A stretch of 64,000 nt of DNA. It comes from Gammaproteobacteria bacterium (GTDB taxonomy: Bacteria > Pseudomonadota > Gammaproteobacteria > Steroidobacterales > Rariloculaceae). Shown piece after piece: positions 50,303 to 59,663 of this stretch; the first letter of the stretch is position 1; every line of letters begins with the position of its first letter. The DNA lies in assembly GCA_036555065.1 (NCBI GenBank), contig DATBLZ010000040.1, forward strand, positions 119 through 64,118. The letters run 5' to 3'. The notes below the pieces were generated by a model. It ran no database searches and was not told the origin of the DNA. It saw nothing but the letters and a program-made list of their open reading frames with translations. Position numbers and translations under genes: made by a program.

Positions 50303-51634
50303 CTAGGACTCGATCTCGAGCTTCTTGATGCGGTAACGCAGCGCGCGAAAGCTGATGCCGAGGAGCTTCGCGGCCGCGGTCTTGTTGTAGCGCGTTTGCT
50401 CGAGCGCTTTGACGATCGCATCCCGCTCGATGTGCTCGAGCTGCGACCCGAGCGTGCCTTCGCCCTCCAAGGCCTGGGCTTCGTCCTCGTCGGGGGCGGA
50501 CCTGAGCTGCAAGTCGTCGACGTCGATCTCGTTGTCGGCGCAAAGGGTCAGCGCGCGTTCGAGGACGTTCTCGAGCTCGCGGACATTGCCCGGGAACCGA
50601 TAGCTCAAGAGAGCATCCTGCGCGGCCCGCGTGAGGCTCGGCTCGGACACGCCGAGCGTCGTGGCCAGGCGAGCGAGCACGTGGTGGGCGAGCAGCAAAA
50701 CGTCGTCGCCGCGGTCGCGCAACGGCGGAACATTAACTTCGATGACGTTGATGCGGTAATAAAGGTCCTCGCGGAAGCGGCCTTCGGCGACGAGCTCGGC
50801 GAGCGCCTTGTGGGTCGCGCTCAGGATGCGGGCGTCGATCGGATACTCTACCGTCTGTCCCACGGGGCGGATCGCCTTTTCCTGAATCACACGCAGCAGC
50901 TTGACCTGCATGTGCAAGGGCAGATCGGCGACTTCGTCGAGAAATAGAGTGCCGCCTTCCGCGGTCTGCACGAGACCGACTTTATCGGCGACTGCGCCCG
51001 TGAAGCTGCCTTTCTTGTGGCCGAAGAACTCGCTTTCCATGAGCTCGGTGGGAATCGCGCCGCAGTTGATCGCGACAAAGGGACCGTCACGTCGCGGGCC
51101 CGCCTCGTGGATCATGCGCGCGACGAGCTCTTTGCCGGTGCCCGACTCTCCGGAGATATGCACGGGAGCCTGGCTTCTTGCGACCTTCGCGATCAGCGTG
51201 CGCACCTGTTCGATTGCCGCGGAGTGGCCGACGAGACCTTGGCTCGTTGCCGCACGCGCCGGCGTAATGCCTTTGAGCTTGAGCGCGGCCGTGACGAGCT
51301 TGCGTAGGTCGTTGAGATCCAGCGGCTTCGAGACGAAGTCGAATGCGCCGAGCTTGAGCGCTCGAACCGCAGCCTCGACGCTACCGTGCGCCGTAATGAC
51401 CGCGACGGGTGTGCCGGGCGCCTTCGATTGAATCCAATCAACGAGCTCGAGACCGTCGCCGTCCGGCAACCGCATGTCGGTAAGACAAAGATCGTAGTCG
51501 TCCTTGCCGAGCGCCTGCTTTGCGCTCGTGAGATCCGGACAGATGCGCGCGCTCACGTCCATGCGCTCGAGGGTAATGGACAAGAGCTCCCGAATATCGG
51601 GCTCGTCGTCGACGACCAATGCGATCGGCTTCAT
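50303..51634 (-). CDS. pilR: Sigma-54-dependent response regulator PilR
   Basis: 443-aa ORF with a receiver domain (DLCLTDMRLPDGDG), an AAA+ domain (GESGTGKE, GAFTGA-like GSFTGA) and a C-terminal Fis-type HTH. Adjacent to pilS and near the sigma-54 pilA promoter. Confidence 0.93.
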   Translation of the reverse strand: MKPIALVVDDEPDIRELLSITLERMDVSARICPDLTSAKQALGKDDYDLCLTDMRLPDGDGLELVDWIQSKAPGTPVAVITAHGSVEAAVRALKLGAFDFVSKPLDLNDLRKLVTAALKLKGITPARAATSQGLVGHSAAIEQVRTLIAKVARSQAPVHISGESGTGKELVARMIHEAGPRRDGPFVAINCGAIPTELMESEFFGHKKGSFTGAVADKVGLVQTAEGGTLFLDEVADLPLHMQVKLLRVIQEKAIRPVGQTVEYPIDARILSATHKALAELVAEGRFREDLYYRINVIEVNVPPLRDRGDDVLLLAHHVLARLATTLGVSEPSLTRAAQDALLSYRFPGNVRELENVLERALTLCADNEIDVDDLQLRSAPDEDEAQALEGEGTLGSQLEHIERDAIVKALEQTRYNKTAAAKLLGISFRALRYRIKKLEIES

Positions 51635-51640
51635 CGCGCC

Positions 51641-53305
51641 TTATTCACTGAGCTGCCAGCGCTTGAGGTCGGAAAATACGATGCGAAAGAGACTACCGCC
51701 ATCGGGGCGCGCGTGGTAGCGCAGCGTCGCGCCATTCCGCTCGCAGAGCTCGCGCGAGATGTAGAGCCCGAGACCCGTGCCGCCCGGCTGTCCAGTGTAG
51801 AACGGCTCGAATATTTGCTCGGTCCTGTCGGCGGGAATGCCCGGGCCGCGATCGGCGACTTCGAGGTAAGGTCGGCGCGAAGCGTCGAGGCGGCCGCAGT
51901 TGATCTCGACGGCGATTGCTCCCGCGGCCTTGCTTGCGTACTTGACCGCGTTGTCGCAGAGATTCCAGACGATTTGGTGAAGGTGCGTTCGGTCCATCTC
52001 GACCTCGAGCTCCTCGGTGTCCACGTTGACGCTGAGCGCAGCCTCGTAGAGCTCCTGCGTCTGCGTGAACTCCTTTGCAAAATCTCTTGCCCAGGCGCAC
52101 AGACGCACCCTCTGCGGATGCGTCTTGTCGCGCTTCGAGAGTGCGAGCACGCTTTCGACGATTTGGCTCACGCGCCGGGAATTAACGCGGATGATGTCTG
52201 TGAGCCGCCGCTCGGCCGGTGCGATCGACGGCGACTCGGCGAGCAATTGTCCCGCATGGCTCAGCGCGCCGAGAGGATTGCGAATCTCGTGGGCAATGCT
52301 CGCGCTCAAGCGCCCGAGCGCCGCGAGCTTCGTCTGTTGCACGCGCTCGGCGATCAAGGACATATCTTCGAGGAAGACGACGACTCCGTCGTTTCGGCCG
52401 GAGCCGAGCGCCGCAAAATGCGGCGCGATGCCCGGGCCCATATCCTTGCCGTCCATGACGATCGTGGTCCCGCCGAGATCGTCGCCGAAGGCGCGCCAGC
52501 GTTGTAGCCGCTCGGCGAGCGGCCCGGATAAGCTCGCGAGCTCGGCGCCGCTCGTCGGCAGCGCCCCAAGCAGCTTGCCTGCCGACTCGTTGATGAGTCT
52601 CACGCGGTCGTTCGCGTCGACGACGACGATGCTCTCGCGCAAGTGCTGAATGATGTAGTCATTGAGCTCCTCGAGATTCTGCAGATCGACTCCGCGCTGC
52701 TCGGCGAGTGCCTCCGTCTCGACGATGCGGCGGCGCAAGAGCTGCACCACGCCCGTAATCACGAAAATCACGGCGCCGAGAATGCCGGTCTGCGCATACT
52801 CGGCTGTCCCCGTGATGCCCTGGAGTTGAGCGAACGTTTGCTCGGCCAAGAGCGCAAACGTCGCGAAGGAGGCAAAAAGGAACGCGCGGTCCGCGGGTAG
52901 CAGCAGCGCGAGGCCGCCAATCGAAACGATGAGGAGGCCCCCGAGGCCGCTGTCGACGCCGCCGCTCGAGTGAACGAGCGTGACGACGGCGAGCACGTCG
53001 ATGCCCCCTTGCGCGAAGACGTGGACCGATCTTGAGAGCTTGCGGCTGCGTAGCAACCAGGCTTCGATGACCCCGAATGCGAGCAATCCGTATAGCACGA
53101 GATGCGCAAGGCGCGGATCGGTATCCCCGATGATGCGCGGATCGGTGATCAAGAACACGAACGCCAGAAACGTGGCCGCGAGCGCGAGCCTGAAGAGATT
53201 CAGGAGCACGAGCACACGCCAAGCGAACTCGTCTGCGGACGCGCCCTGGCCGGGCAGCGCGTGCGAAATAACGCTCGGCGTCTCGGGCGCGGCAGCGATC
53301 GACAT
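51641..53305 (-). CDS. pilS: Sensor histidine kinase PilS
   Basis: 554-aa ORF with about 6 N-terminal TM helices, a PAS-like linker, an H-box SIAHEIRNPL, and N and G boxes (DNAVKY, DRGPGI, GTGLGL). Lies 6 nt upstream of pilR. Confidence 0.88.
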   Translation of the reverse strand: MSIAAAPETPSVISHALPGQGASADEFAWRVLVLLNLFRLALAATFLAFVFLITDPRIIGDTDPRLAHLVLYGLLAFGVIEAWLLRSRKLSRSVHVFAQGGIDVLAVVTLVHSSGGVDSGLGGLLIVSIGGLALLLPADRAFLFASFATFALLAEQTFAQLQGITGTAEYAQTGILGAVIFVITGVVQLLRRRIVETEALAEQRGVDLQNLEELNDYIIQHLRESIVVVDANDRVRLINESAGKLLGALPTSGAELASLSGPLAERLQRWRAFGDDLGGTTIVMDGKDMGPGIAPHFAALGSGRNDGVVVFLEDMSLIAERVQQTKLAALGRLSASIAHEIRNPLGALSHAGQLLAESPSIAPAERRLTDIIRVNSRRVSQIVESVLALSKRDKTHPQRVRLCAWARDFAKEFTQTQELYEAALSVNVDTEELEVEMDRTHLHQIVWNLCDNAVKYASKAAGAIAVEINCGRLDASRRPYLEVADRGPGIPADRTEQIFEPFYTGQPGGTGLGLYISRELCERNGATLRYHARPDGGSLFRIVFSDLKRWQLSE

Positions 53306-53414
53306 AGCGCGAGATTCTAACCGATTGAATCTACGCGAATCGTGACGTGGCGCCGCTTTCGCGGTCGAGCGCTTTCATGGAAAATACGCGCCGACCTTTC
53401 GATTCGAAGGAACT

Positions 53415-54587
53415 TTGTTGAACCTCCATGAATATCAGTCGAAGGCTCTCTTCGCTGAATACGGAATTCCGATTCCTAACGGCCGAGTAGCGGCGAGCCC
53501 TGCCGAGGCGCGCGCAGCGGCGGAGGCGCTTGGCGGGAACATTTGGGTCGTTAAGGCGCAGGTGCATGCGGGCGGGCGCGGCAAAGCCGGCGGCGTCAAG
53601 CTTGCGCGCTCGCATGCCGACGTCGAGAAGGCCGCGCGCGCGATGCTCGGCAAACCGCTCGTGACGCGCCAAACCGGCCAAGAAGGCTTGCCCGTCGACA
53701 AGGTGTACGTGGAGCGCGGCTCGAGCATTGCGCGCGAGCTCTATCTCTCGATGCTCGTGGATCGCAGTGCCGAGCGCGTTGCGATCATCGCTTCGGCGGC
53801 AGGCGGCATGGACATCGAGGAGGTCGCCAAGGACACGCCGGAGAAGATCCTCACCGTGAAGCTGCATCCTGTCGGGGGGATTCAGGACTATCAAACGCGC
53901 GAGCTCGGGTTCGGTCTCGGGCTCGTGAAAGAGCAGCAGGCGGCGCTACGCGACATTCTGCGCAAGCTCGTCAGGCTCCTGCACGAATGCGACGCGAGTC
54001 TCGTCGAGATCAACCCGTTGATCGTGACGACCGACGGCAACGTCGTCGCTCTCGATGCCAAGATTAACATCGAGGACAACGCCCTATTTCGCCAGGCCAA
54101 GCTCGCCGCGATGCGCGACGTCGCTCAGGAGGACGCGCTCGAGCGCCGCGCCCGCGAGCACGACTTGAGCTACGTTTCGCTCGACGGCAGCATTGCCTGC
54201 CTCGTGAACGGCGCGGGCCTCGCGATGGCGACGATGGATCTCATCAAGCTCCACGGCGGCGAGCCGGCGAACTTCCTCGACGTCGGCGGCGGCGCGACCG
54301 CCGAACGCGTCGAGGAGGCGTTCAATATCATTCTCACGAACCGCAAGGTGCGCGCGATTCTCGTCAACATCTTCGGCGGCATCGTGCGCTGCGACCTCAT
54401 CGCCGAGGGCGTCGTCGCCGCGATCAAGAAGGCGGACGTGCGCGTGCCCGTCGTCGTGCGTCTCGAGGGCACGAACGTCGACAAGGGCATGGAACAGCTC
54501 CGCGCGAGCGGCCTCGCAATCGTCGCGGCGAAGGGCCTCACCGATGCGGCCTCGAAGGCCGTCGAGCTCGCGAGGCGGCCGCAATGA
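53415..54587 (+). CDS. sucC: Succinyl-CoA synthetase beta subunit SucC
   Basis: 390-aa ORF (TTG start at 53415 or 53418). (L)[19 protein letters not shown] matches the SucC N-terminus. Confidence 0.96.
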   Translation: MLNLHEYQSKALFAEYGIPIPNGRVAASPAEARAAAEALGGNIWVVKAQVHAGGRGKAGGVKLARSHADVEKAARAMLGKPLVTRQTGQEGLPVDKVYVERGSSIARELYLSMLVDRSAERVAIIASAAGGMDIEEVAKDTPEKILTVKLHPVGGIQDYQTRELGFGLGLVKEQQAALRDILRKLVRLLHECDASLVEINPLIVTTDGNVVALDAKINIEDNALFRQAKLAAMRDVAQEDALERRAREHDLSYVSLDGSIACLVNGAGLAMATMDLIKLHGGEPANFLDVGGGATAERVEEAFNIILTNRKVRAILVNIFGGIVRCDLIAEGVVAAIKKADVRVPVVVRLEGTNVDKGMEQLRASGLAIVAAKGLTDAASKAVELARRPQ

Positions 54588-55453
54588 GCGTCCTCGTCAA
54601 TGCCAACACGCGAGTCGTGTGCCAAGGCCTCACGGGGAAGCAAGGCACCTTTCACACCGAGCAGTGCCTTGCCTACGGCACGAAGGTCGTCGCAGGCGTG
54701 ACACCTGGCCGCGGCGGCGAGCGCCATTTGGACTTGCCGGTATTCGACACGGTTGCGCAGGCGCGTGCGGCGACCGGCGCGACCGTGAGCATGATCTACG
54801 TTCCGGCGCCGTTCGCGGCCGACGCGATCCTCGAGGCAGCGAGCGCAGGCATGGAGCTCGTCGTCTGCATCACCGAAGGCGTTCCCGTGCTCGACATGGT
54901 GCGCGTCAAGGCCGTGCTCAACGACACGGATTGCCGCCTCATCGGGCCCAACTGCCCGGGAATCATCACGCCCGGCGCCTGCAAGATCGGAATCATGCCC
55001 GGAGCCATTCACAAGCCGGGCCGTATCGGCATCGTGTCACGCTCGGGCACGTTGACGTACGAGGCCGTATCGCAGACGACGGTCCGGGGATTGGGCCAGA
55101 GCACGTGCATCGGCATCGGCGGCGACCCCGTGCGCGGCATGAACTTCATCGACTGCCTCATGCTATTCGAAGCTGACGATCAAACCGACGGCATCATCAT
55201 GGTCGGCGAGATCGGCGGCGCCGACGAGGAGGCTGCGGCCGAGTTCATCGCGGAAAACGTCACGAAACCGGTCGTTGCCTACATCGCCGGAGTCACGGCG
55301 CCGCCGGGCAAGCGCATGGGCCACGCAGGCGCGATCATTGCGGGCGGAAAGGGTACGGCCGTCGAGAAATATGCGGCGCTCGAGCGTGCCGGCGTGCACA
55401 CGGTCCGCTCGCTCGCCGACCTCGGTGACACCATGGCCAAGGCACTTGAGTGA
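54584..55453 (+). CDS. sucD: Succinyl-CoA synthetase alpha subunit SucD
   Basis: 289-aa ORF with ATGA overlap to sucC. Motifs SRSGTLTYE and the phosphohistidine loop MGHAGAII. Confidence 0.97.
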   Translation: MSVLVNANTRVVCQGLTGKQGTFHTEQCLAYGTKVVAGVTPGRGGERHLDLPVFDTVAQARAATGATVSMIYVPAPFAADAILEAASAGMELVVCITEGVPVLDMVRVKAVLNDTDCRLIGPNCPGIITPGACKIGIMPGAIHKPGRIGIVSRSGTLTYEAVSQTTVRGLGQSTCIGIGGDPVRGMNFIDCLMLFEADDQTDGIIMVGEIGGADEEAAAEFIAENVTKPVVAYIAGVTAPPGKRMGHAGAIIAGGKGTAVEKYAALERAGVHTVRSLADLGDTMAKALE

Positions 55454-57057
55454 GAATTGGGCTTGCCCAGATCAACACGCGCGTAGGCGCGGTCGACGCT
55501 AACGCGAAGAAGGTGCTCGAATACGCGGCGCGCGCGCGCGACGCGCACGATTGCGACCTCGTCTTGTTCCCGGAGCTCACGCTTTGCGGGTACCCACCCG
55601 AGGATCTGCTGCTGCATCACGGCCTGCGCTCGCGTGTCGCAACTGCATTTGCAGAGGTCAGGGACGACGTGCGCGGAATCGCGGTCTATCTCGGCTACCC
55701 GGAATACGTCGGGAACGTCATTTACAACAGCGCGGCCTTGCTCCGCGACGGCAGAGTGCTCGCGAATCACCGCAAGGTCGCCTTGCCCAACTACGCCGTA
55801 TTCGACGAGAAGCGGTGGTTTCAACCGGGCGAGGGCGCGACGGTCGTCGAGCTCGGCGGTCATGCCCTCGGCCTGCTCATCTGCGAGGACGTCTGGCTGC
55901 CGGCGCCGTGCCGCGCTCCGGCCAAAGCGGGCGCGCAGGCGATCCTCGTGATCAACGGCTCGCCGTTTCATATGGCGCAACAGGCGGTGCGCGAGCAGGT
56001 GCTGGCGGAGCGCGCCAAAGAGAACTCGCTGCCGTTGCTGTACTTGAACATGGTCGGAGGACAAGACGAGCTCGTTTTCGATGGGGGCTCGGTCGTCGTC
56101 GACGCCGCGGGCGAGGTTCGGTTCCGCGCGCCGGCGTTCGCGGAAGGGCTCTACGTCATCGAGCTCGACCGGCGAGGCGAGAAGCTCGTGCCGCGCGCGG
56201 CGGACGTCGCGCCGATTCCGCCGCTCGTCGAGCGCGTTTATCGCGCGCTCGTCCTCGGCACGCGCGACTACGTCGACAAGAACGGCTTTCGCGGGGTCGT
56301 GCTCGGGCTTTCGGGGGGGGTGGATTCGGCGTTGACGTTGACGGTCGCCGTCGATGCGCTCGGCGCTGAGCGCGTGCACGCAGTCATGATGCCGTCGCGC
56401 TTCACGGCGGCGATGAGCCGCGAGGACGCCGCCGCGCAGGCGCGGAGCCTCGGCGTGCGCTTCGACGTGCTGCCTATCGAAGGCATGGTCGGAGCCGTCG
56501 AGGAAACTCTCAAGGAGGTGTTCAAAGGCCGCGCGCGCGACGTGACGGAGGAAAACATCCAAGCGAGGTGCCGCGGCATCCTGTTGATGGCGATCTCGAA
56601 CAAGCTCGGCGAAATGCTGTTGACGACCGGTAACAAGAGCGAGATGGCCGTCGGTTACGCGACGCTTTACGGGGACATGGCGGGCGGCTTCGCGCCGCTC
56701 AAGGACTGCAGCAAGACGCTCGTCTATTCGCTCGCCACGTACCGCAACGGTTTGGCCCCCGTGATACCGAAGCGCGTCATCGAACGCGCGCCGAGCGCGG
56801 AGTTGGCGCCCGACCAAAAGGACTCCGACACGCTGCCGCCGTACGCGATCCTGGACGCAATCCTCGAGGCATTCATAGAGCACGACGACTCGGTCGAGCA
56901 GATCGTCGAGCGCGGTTTCGATCGGGCCACGGTCGTCAAAGTGCTGAACATGGTGAAGCGCGCCGAATACAAGCGCCGGCAAGCGCCGCCGGGCGTGCGT
57001 GTCAGCAATCGCGCCTTCGGCCGCGACTGGCGCTACCCGATCACGTCGGGCTATTGA
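55450..57057 (+). CDS. nadE: Glutamine-dependent NAD+ synthetase NadE
   Basis: 535-aa ORF (GTGA overlap with sucD). N-terminal nitrilase/CN-hydrolase domain ([20 protein letters not shown]) plus a C-terminal synthetase domain with the SGGVDS PP-loop. Confidence 0.95.
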   Translation: MRIGLAQINTRVGAVDANAKKVLEYAARARDAHDCDLVLFPELTLCGYPPEDLLLHHGLRSRVATAFAEVRDDVRGIAVYLGYPEYVGNVIYNSAALLRDGRVLANHRKVALPNYAVFDEKRWFQPGEGATVVELGGHALGLLICEDVWLPAPCRAPAKAGAQAILVINGSPFHMAQQAVREQVLAERAKENSLPLLYLNMVGGQDELVFDGGSVVVDAAGEVRFRAPAFAEGLYVIELDRRGEKLVPRAADVAPIPPLVERVYRALVLGTRDYVDKNGFRGVVLGLSGGVDSALTLTVAVDALGAERVHAVMMPSRFTAAMSREDAAAQARSLGVRFDVLPIEGMVGAVEETLKEVFKGRARDVTEENIQARCRGILLMAISNKLGEMLLTTGNKSEMAVGYATLYGDMAGGFAPLKDCSKTLVYSLATYRNGLAPVIPKRVIERAPSAELAPDQKDSDTLPPYAILDAILEAFIEHDDSVEQIVERGFDRATVVKVLNMVKRAEYKRRQAPPGVRVSNRAFGRDWRYPITSGY

Positions 57058-57839
57058 CTCGTCGGTGCCTGGTCGTCGGGCGCAAGCTGCGCCGTTGCGG
57101 TCTCGTCGCCGAAGGATTCGCTGAGCACGCGCTCGGCGTCGGCTGCGAGGTCGTTCATGCCGAGCTCGGTGTAGGCTATCGCCATGAGATGCAAAGACTC
57201 CTCGAGCTCCGGAGCGCCCGGATAGCGCTCGATTGCGTATTTCGCGCGGCTCACGGCGGCCACGTACGCGCCACGGTCGATGTAGTACTGCGCTACGTGG
57301 TTCTCGTACGCGGCTAAACGATTGCGCAGGAAGACCATACGCCGGCTCGCGTCCTCGACGTATCGGCTGTCCGGAAAGCGGCGGATGAGCTCTTGAAACG
57401 TCGAGAAAGCGAGCAGCGTGTCCTTGGGTGGCCGCATCGTGAGATCGACCCTAAACATCTTCTCGAGGATGTTGGGCGCTTCGTCGAAGTAGACGAGCCC
57501 TTTCATGTACAAGCAGTAGTCGACGTGCGGGTGCGTTGGATTCTCGCGCTCGAACTCTTCGGCTGCGTCGATCGCGGAGTCGGGCTGTTGGCTGCGCCAA
57601 TATAGATATATGAGATCGAGCTTCGCTTGACGCGTTACGTTGGCGAACGGATAACGCGCCTCGAGCTGCGTGAAGTACTCCGTGGCGCCGATATAATTGC
57701 CGGCGTCCATAGCGCCCCGGCCGCGGTCGTAGAAGCCCTCGGCGCCGTAATCCTGCACGGCGTCGCGGCGATTGCCGCAACCGCCGACGAAACCGATCGC
57801 GAAGGCAACGAAGGCGAAGTGCTTGATAACGCTCGACAT
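57051..57839 (-). CDS. bamD: Outer membrane protein assembly factor BamD
   Basis: 262-aa ORF with a lipoprotein signal (FAIGFVGGC) and TPR-like repeats. Divergent from rluD, as in E. coli. Confidence 0.92.
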   Translation of the reverse strand: MSSVIKHFAFVAFAIGFVGGCGNRRDAVQDYGAEGFYDRGRGAMDAGNYIGATEYFTQLEARYPFANVTRQAKLDLIYLYWRSQQPDSAIDAAEEFERENPTHPHVDYCLYMKGLVYFDEAPNILEKMFRVDLTMRPPKDTLLAFSTFQELIRRFPDSRYVEDASRRMVFLRNRLAAYENHVAQYYIDRGAYVAAVSRAKYAIERYPGAPELEESLHLMAIAYTELGMNDLAADAERVLSESFGDETATAQLAPDDQAPTSQ

Positions 57840-57903
57840 TGTCCGTCACAGGTCGAAACCGACGATAAAGTATAGCGGAACTCTCCCGGGCGAAAGCTTA
57901 ACA

Positions 57904-58869
57904 ATGGCTCATGTGTTTCAACGCTTGACCGTTCCAAAGGAATTCGCGGGCCGGCGCCTGGACCAGGCCGCCGCGGCGCTGCTGACCGAGTTTTCTCGAA
58001 GCCGGCTCAAGCAATGGATCGAGGCGGGGCAGCTCACGATCGGCGGAGTGGCGATGGCGCCGAAAACGCGGCTCAAGGGTGGCGAGGAGCTCGTGCTCGA
58101 CGCGACCCTCTCGCCCGCGGCGGGCGTCGCGCCCGAGCCCATCGCGCTCACGGTCGTGCATGCGGACCCGGCGCTCTTCATCGTCGATAAACCCGCCGGC
58201 CTCGTCGTTCATCCGGGCGCGGGCAATCCGGCGGGGACGCTGCAAAACGCGCTGCTCAATCTCGACCCCGCGCTCGCGGCGCTGCCGCGTGCCGGCCTCG
58301 TGCATCGACTCGACAAGGATACGAGCGGACTGCTCGTCGTCGCGCGGACCCTGCGCGCGCAGCAGCTCTTGGCGCGCGCGATCGAGCGCCGCAAGATCGG
58401 GCGCGTTTATCAAGCGATTTGCCAGGGCGCCTTGACGGGGGGCGGCACGATCGACGCGCCGATCGCGCGGCATCCGCGCGAGCGCACGAAAATGGCCGTG
58501 CGCGAGTCGGGGCGAGCAGCCCGCACGCACTATCGTGTGCTCGAGCGATTTCGCGCCCACACGCACGTGGAAGTCGCGCTCGATTCCGGTCGCACGCATC
58601 AGATCCGTGTGCACATGGCTTATATACGCGCACCGCTCGTCGGCGATCCCGTTTATGGAGGCCGTCCGCGCTTCCCGCCCGCGCCGTCCGAGCATCTGCG
58701 CGAGACGCTGCAACAATTCCGCCGGCAGGCGTTGCATGCGGCCCGTTTGACGCTCGCTCACCCGGAGACTGGCGCGCTCGTGACCTTCGAAAGCCGGTTG
58801 CCCAACGACATGGCTGCGCTGCTCGAAGCATTGCAGAGCGATCGCGATGGCGCCGAGGCCCGTCGATGA
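57904..58869 (+). CDS. rluD: 23S rRNA pseudouridine(1911/1915/1917) synthase RluD
   Basis: Start MAHVFQRLTVP at 57904. S4 domain followed by the HRLDKDTSGLLVVA catalytic motif. Confidence 0.94.
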   Translation: MAHVFQRLTVPKEFAGRRLDQAAAALLTEFSRSRLKQWIEAGQLTIGGVAMAPKTRLKGGEELVLDATLSPAAGVAPEPIALTVVHADPALFIVDKPAGLVVHPGAGNPAGTLQNALLNLDPALAALPRAGLVHRLDKDTSGLLVVARTLRAQQLLARAIERRKIGRVYQAICQGALTGGGTIDAPIARHPRERTKMAVRESGRAARTHYRVLERFRAHTHVEVALDSGRTHQIRVHMAYIRAPLVGDPVYGGRPRFPPAPSEHLRETLQQFRRQALHAARLTLAHPETGALVTFESRLPNDMAALLEALQSDRDGAEARR

Positions 58870-59603
58870 AGGCCGGAGGAATCTTTCCCGATTGGCCCGC
58901 GCCGGCATGCGTGCGCGCCGTCGCCACCGAGCGCGGCGGTGGCGTCAGCATCGGGCGTTACGCGAGTTTCAATCTCGCGGCCCACGTCGGCGATACCGCG
59001 GACGCGGTGCGCGAGAACCGGCGCCGGCTCGTCCAGGGTCTCAAGCTGCCGAGCGAGCCCGTGTGGCTCGATCAGGTTCATGGCGCGCGCATTGCCGATC
59101 TCGACGCCGCTCCCGCGGGCCCGGCCGATGGCGCCGTGACGCGAAGGCCAGGCATCGTCTGCGTGATTCTGACCGCCGACTGCCTGCCCGTGCTGCTCAC
59201 GGATCGCGCCGGCACGCGCGTCGGCGCCGCGCACGGCGGTTGGCGCGGCCTCGCCGCGGGCGTTCTGCCCGCGATCGTCGCCGCAATGGGCCTTCCTGCG
59301 CGGGAGGTCCTTGCCTGGCTCGGTCCCGCGATCGGGCCGGAAGCTTACGAAGTCGGTGCCGAGGTTCGGGAGGCATTCCTCGCGCGCGATCCGGCGGCGA
59401 GCGCCGCGTTCGCTGCCAACGCGCGGGGACGCTGGCAGGCCGACCTCTATGCGCTCGCACGCCTGAGTCTCGCCGCGGCGGGGGTCACGGCCATTTATGG
59501 CGGGGGATTCTGCACCGCGACGGATGCCGAGCGGTTCTTCTCGCACCGCCGCGAGGCCCCGTGTGGACGCATGGCGAGCCTGATCTGGCTCGAGCCGCGT
59601 TGA
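58866..59603 (+). CDS. pgeF: PgeF/YfiH family (laccase-domain) purine nucleoside phosphorylase-like protein
   Basis: Start MKAGGIFPDW at 58866 (ATGA overlap with rluD). Motifs LTADCLPVLL, HGGWRG and FFSHRRE. Conserved rluD-yfiH-clpB order. Confidence 0.9.
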   Translation: MKAGGIFPDWPAPACVRAVATERGGGVSIGRYASFNLAAHVGDTADAVRENRRRLVQGLKLPSEPVWLDQVHGARIADLDAAPAGPADGAVTRRPGIVCVILTADCLPVLLTDRAGTRVGAAHGGWRGLAAGVLPAIVAAMGLPAREVLAWLGPAIGPEAYEVGAEVREAFLARDPAASAAFAANARGRWQADLYALARLSLAAAGVTAIYGGGFCTATDAERFFSHRREAPCGRMASLIWLEPR

Positions 59604-59627
59604 TATTGATGTCCCCCACCCCCATGT
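59600..59627 (+). promoter_or_regulatory. Candidate sigma-32 heat-shock promoter of clpB
   Basis: TTGATA (59600-59605), 14 nt, then CCCCATGT (59620-59627). The sigma-32 consensus is TTGAAA-N13-14-CCCCATNT. It lies 37 nt upstream of the clpB ATG. Confidence 0.55.
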
Positions 59628-59663
59628 CGTAAGCCCATAACGGGCCCGGAGCGTCGCACGCCA

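Noticed and set aside
55279-56982. 567-aa ORF antisense to nadE
   Set aside because: It lies entirely opposite a well-conserved gene. It is Arg/Asp/His-rich with no recognisable motifs. This is the typical shadow ORF produced by GC3 bias in high-GC genomes.
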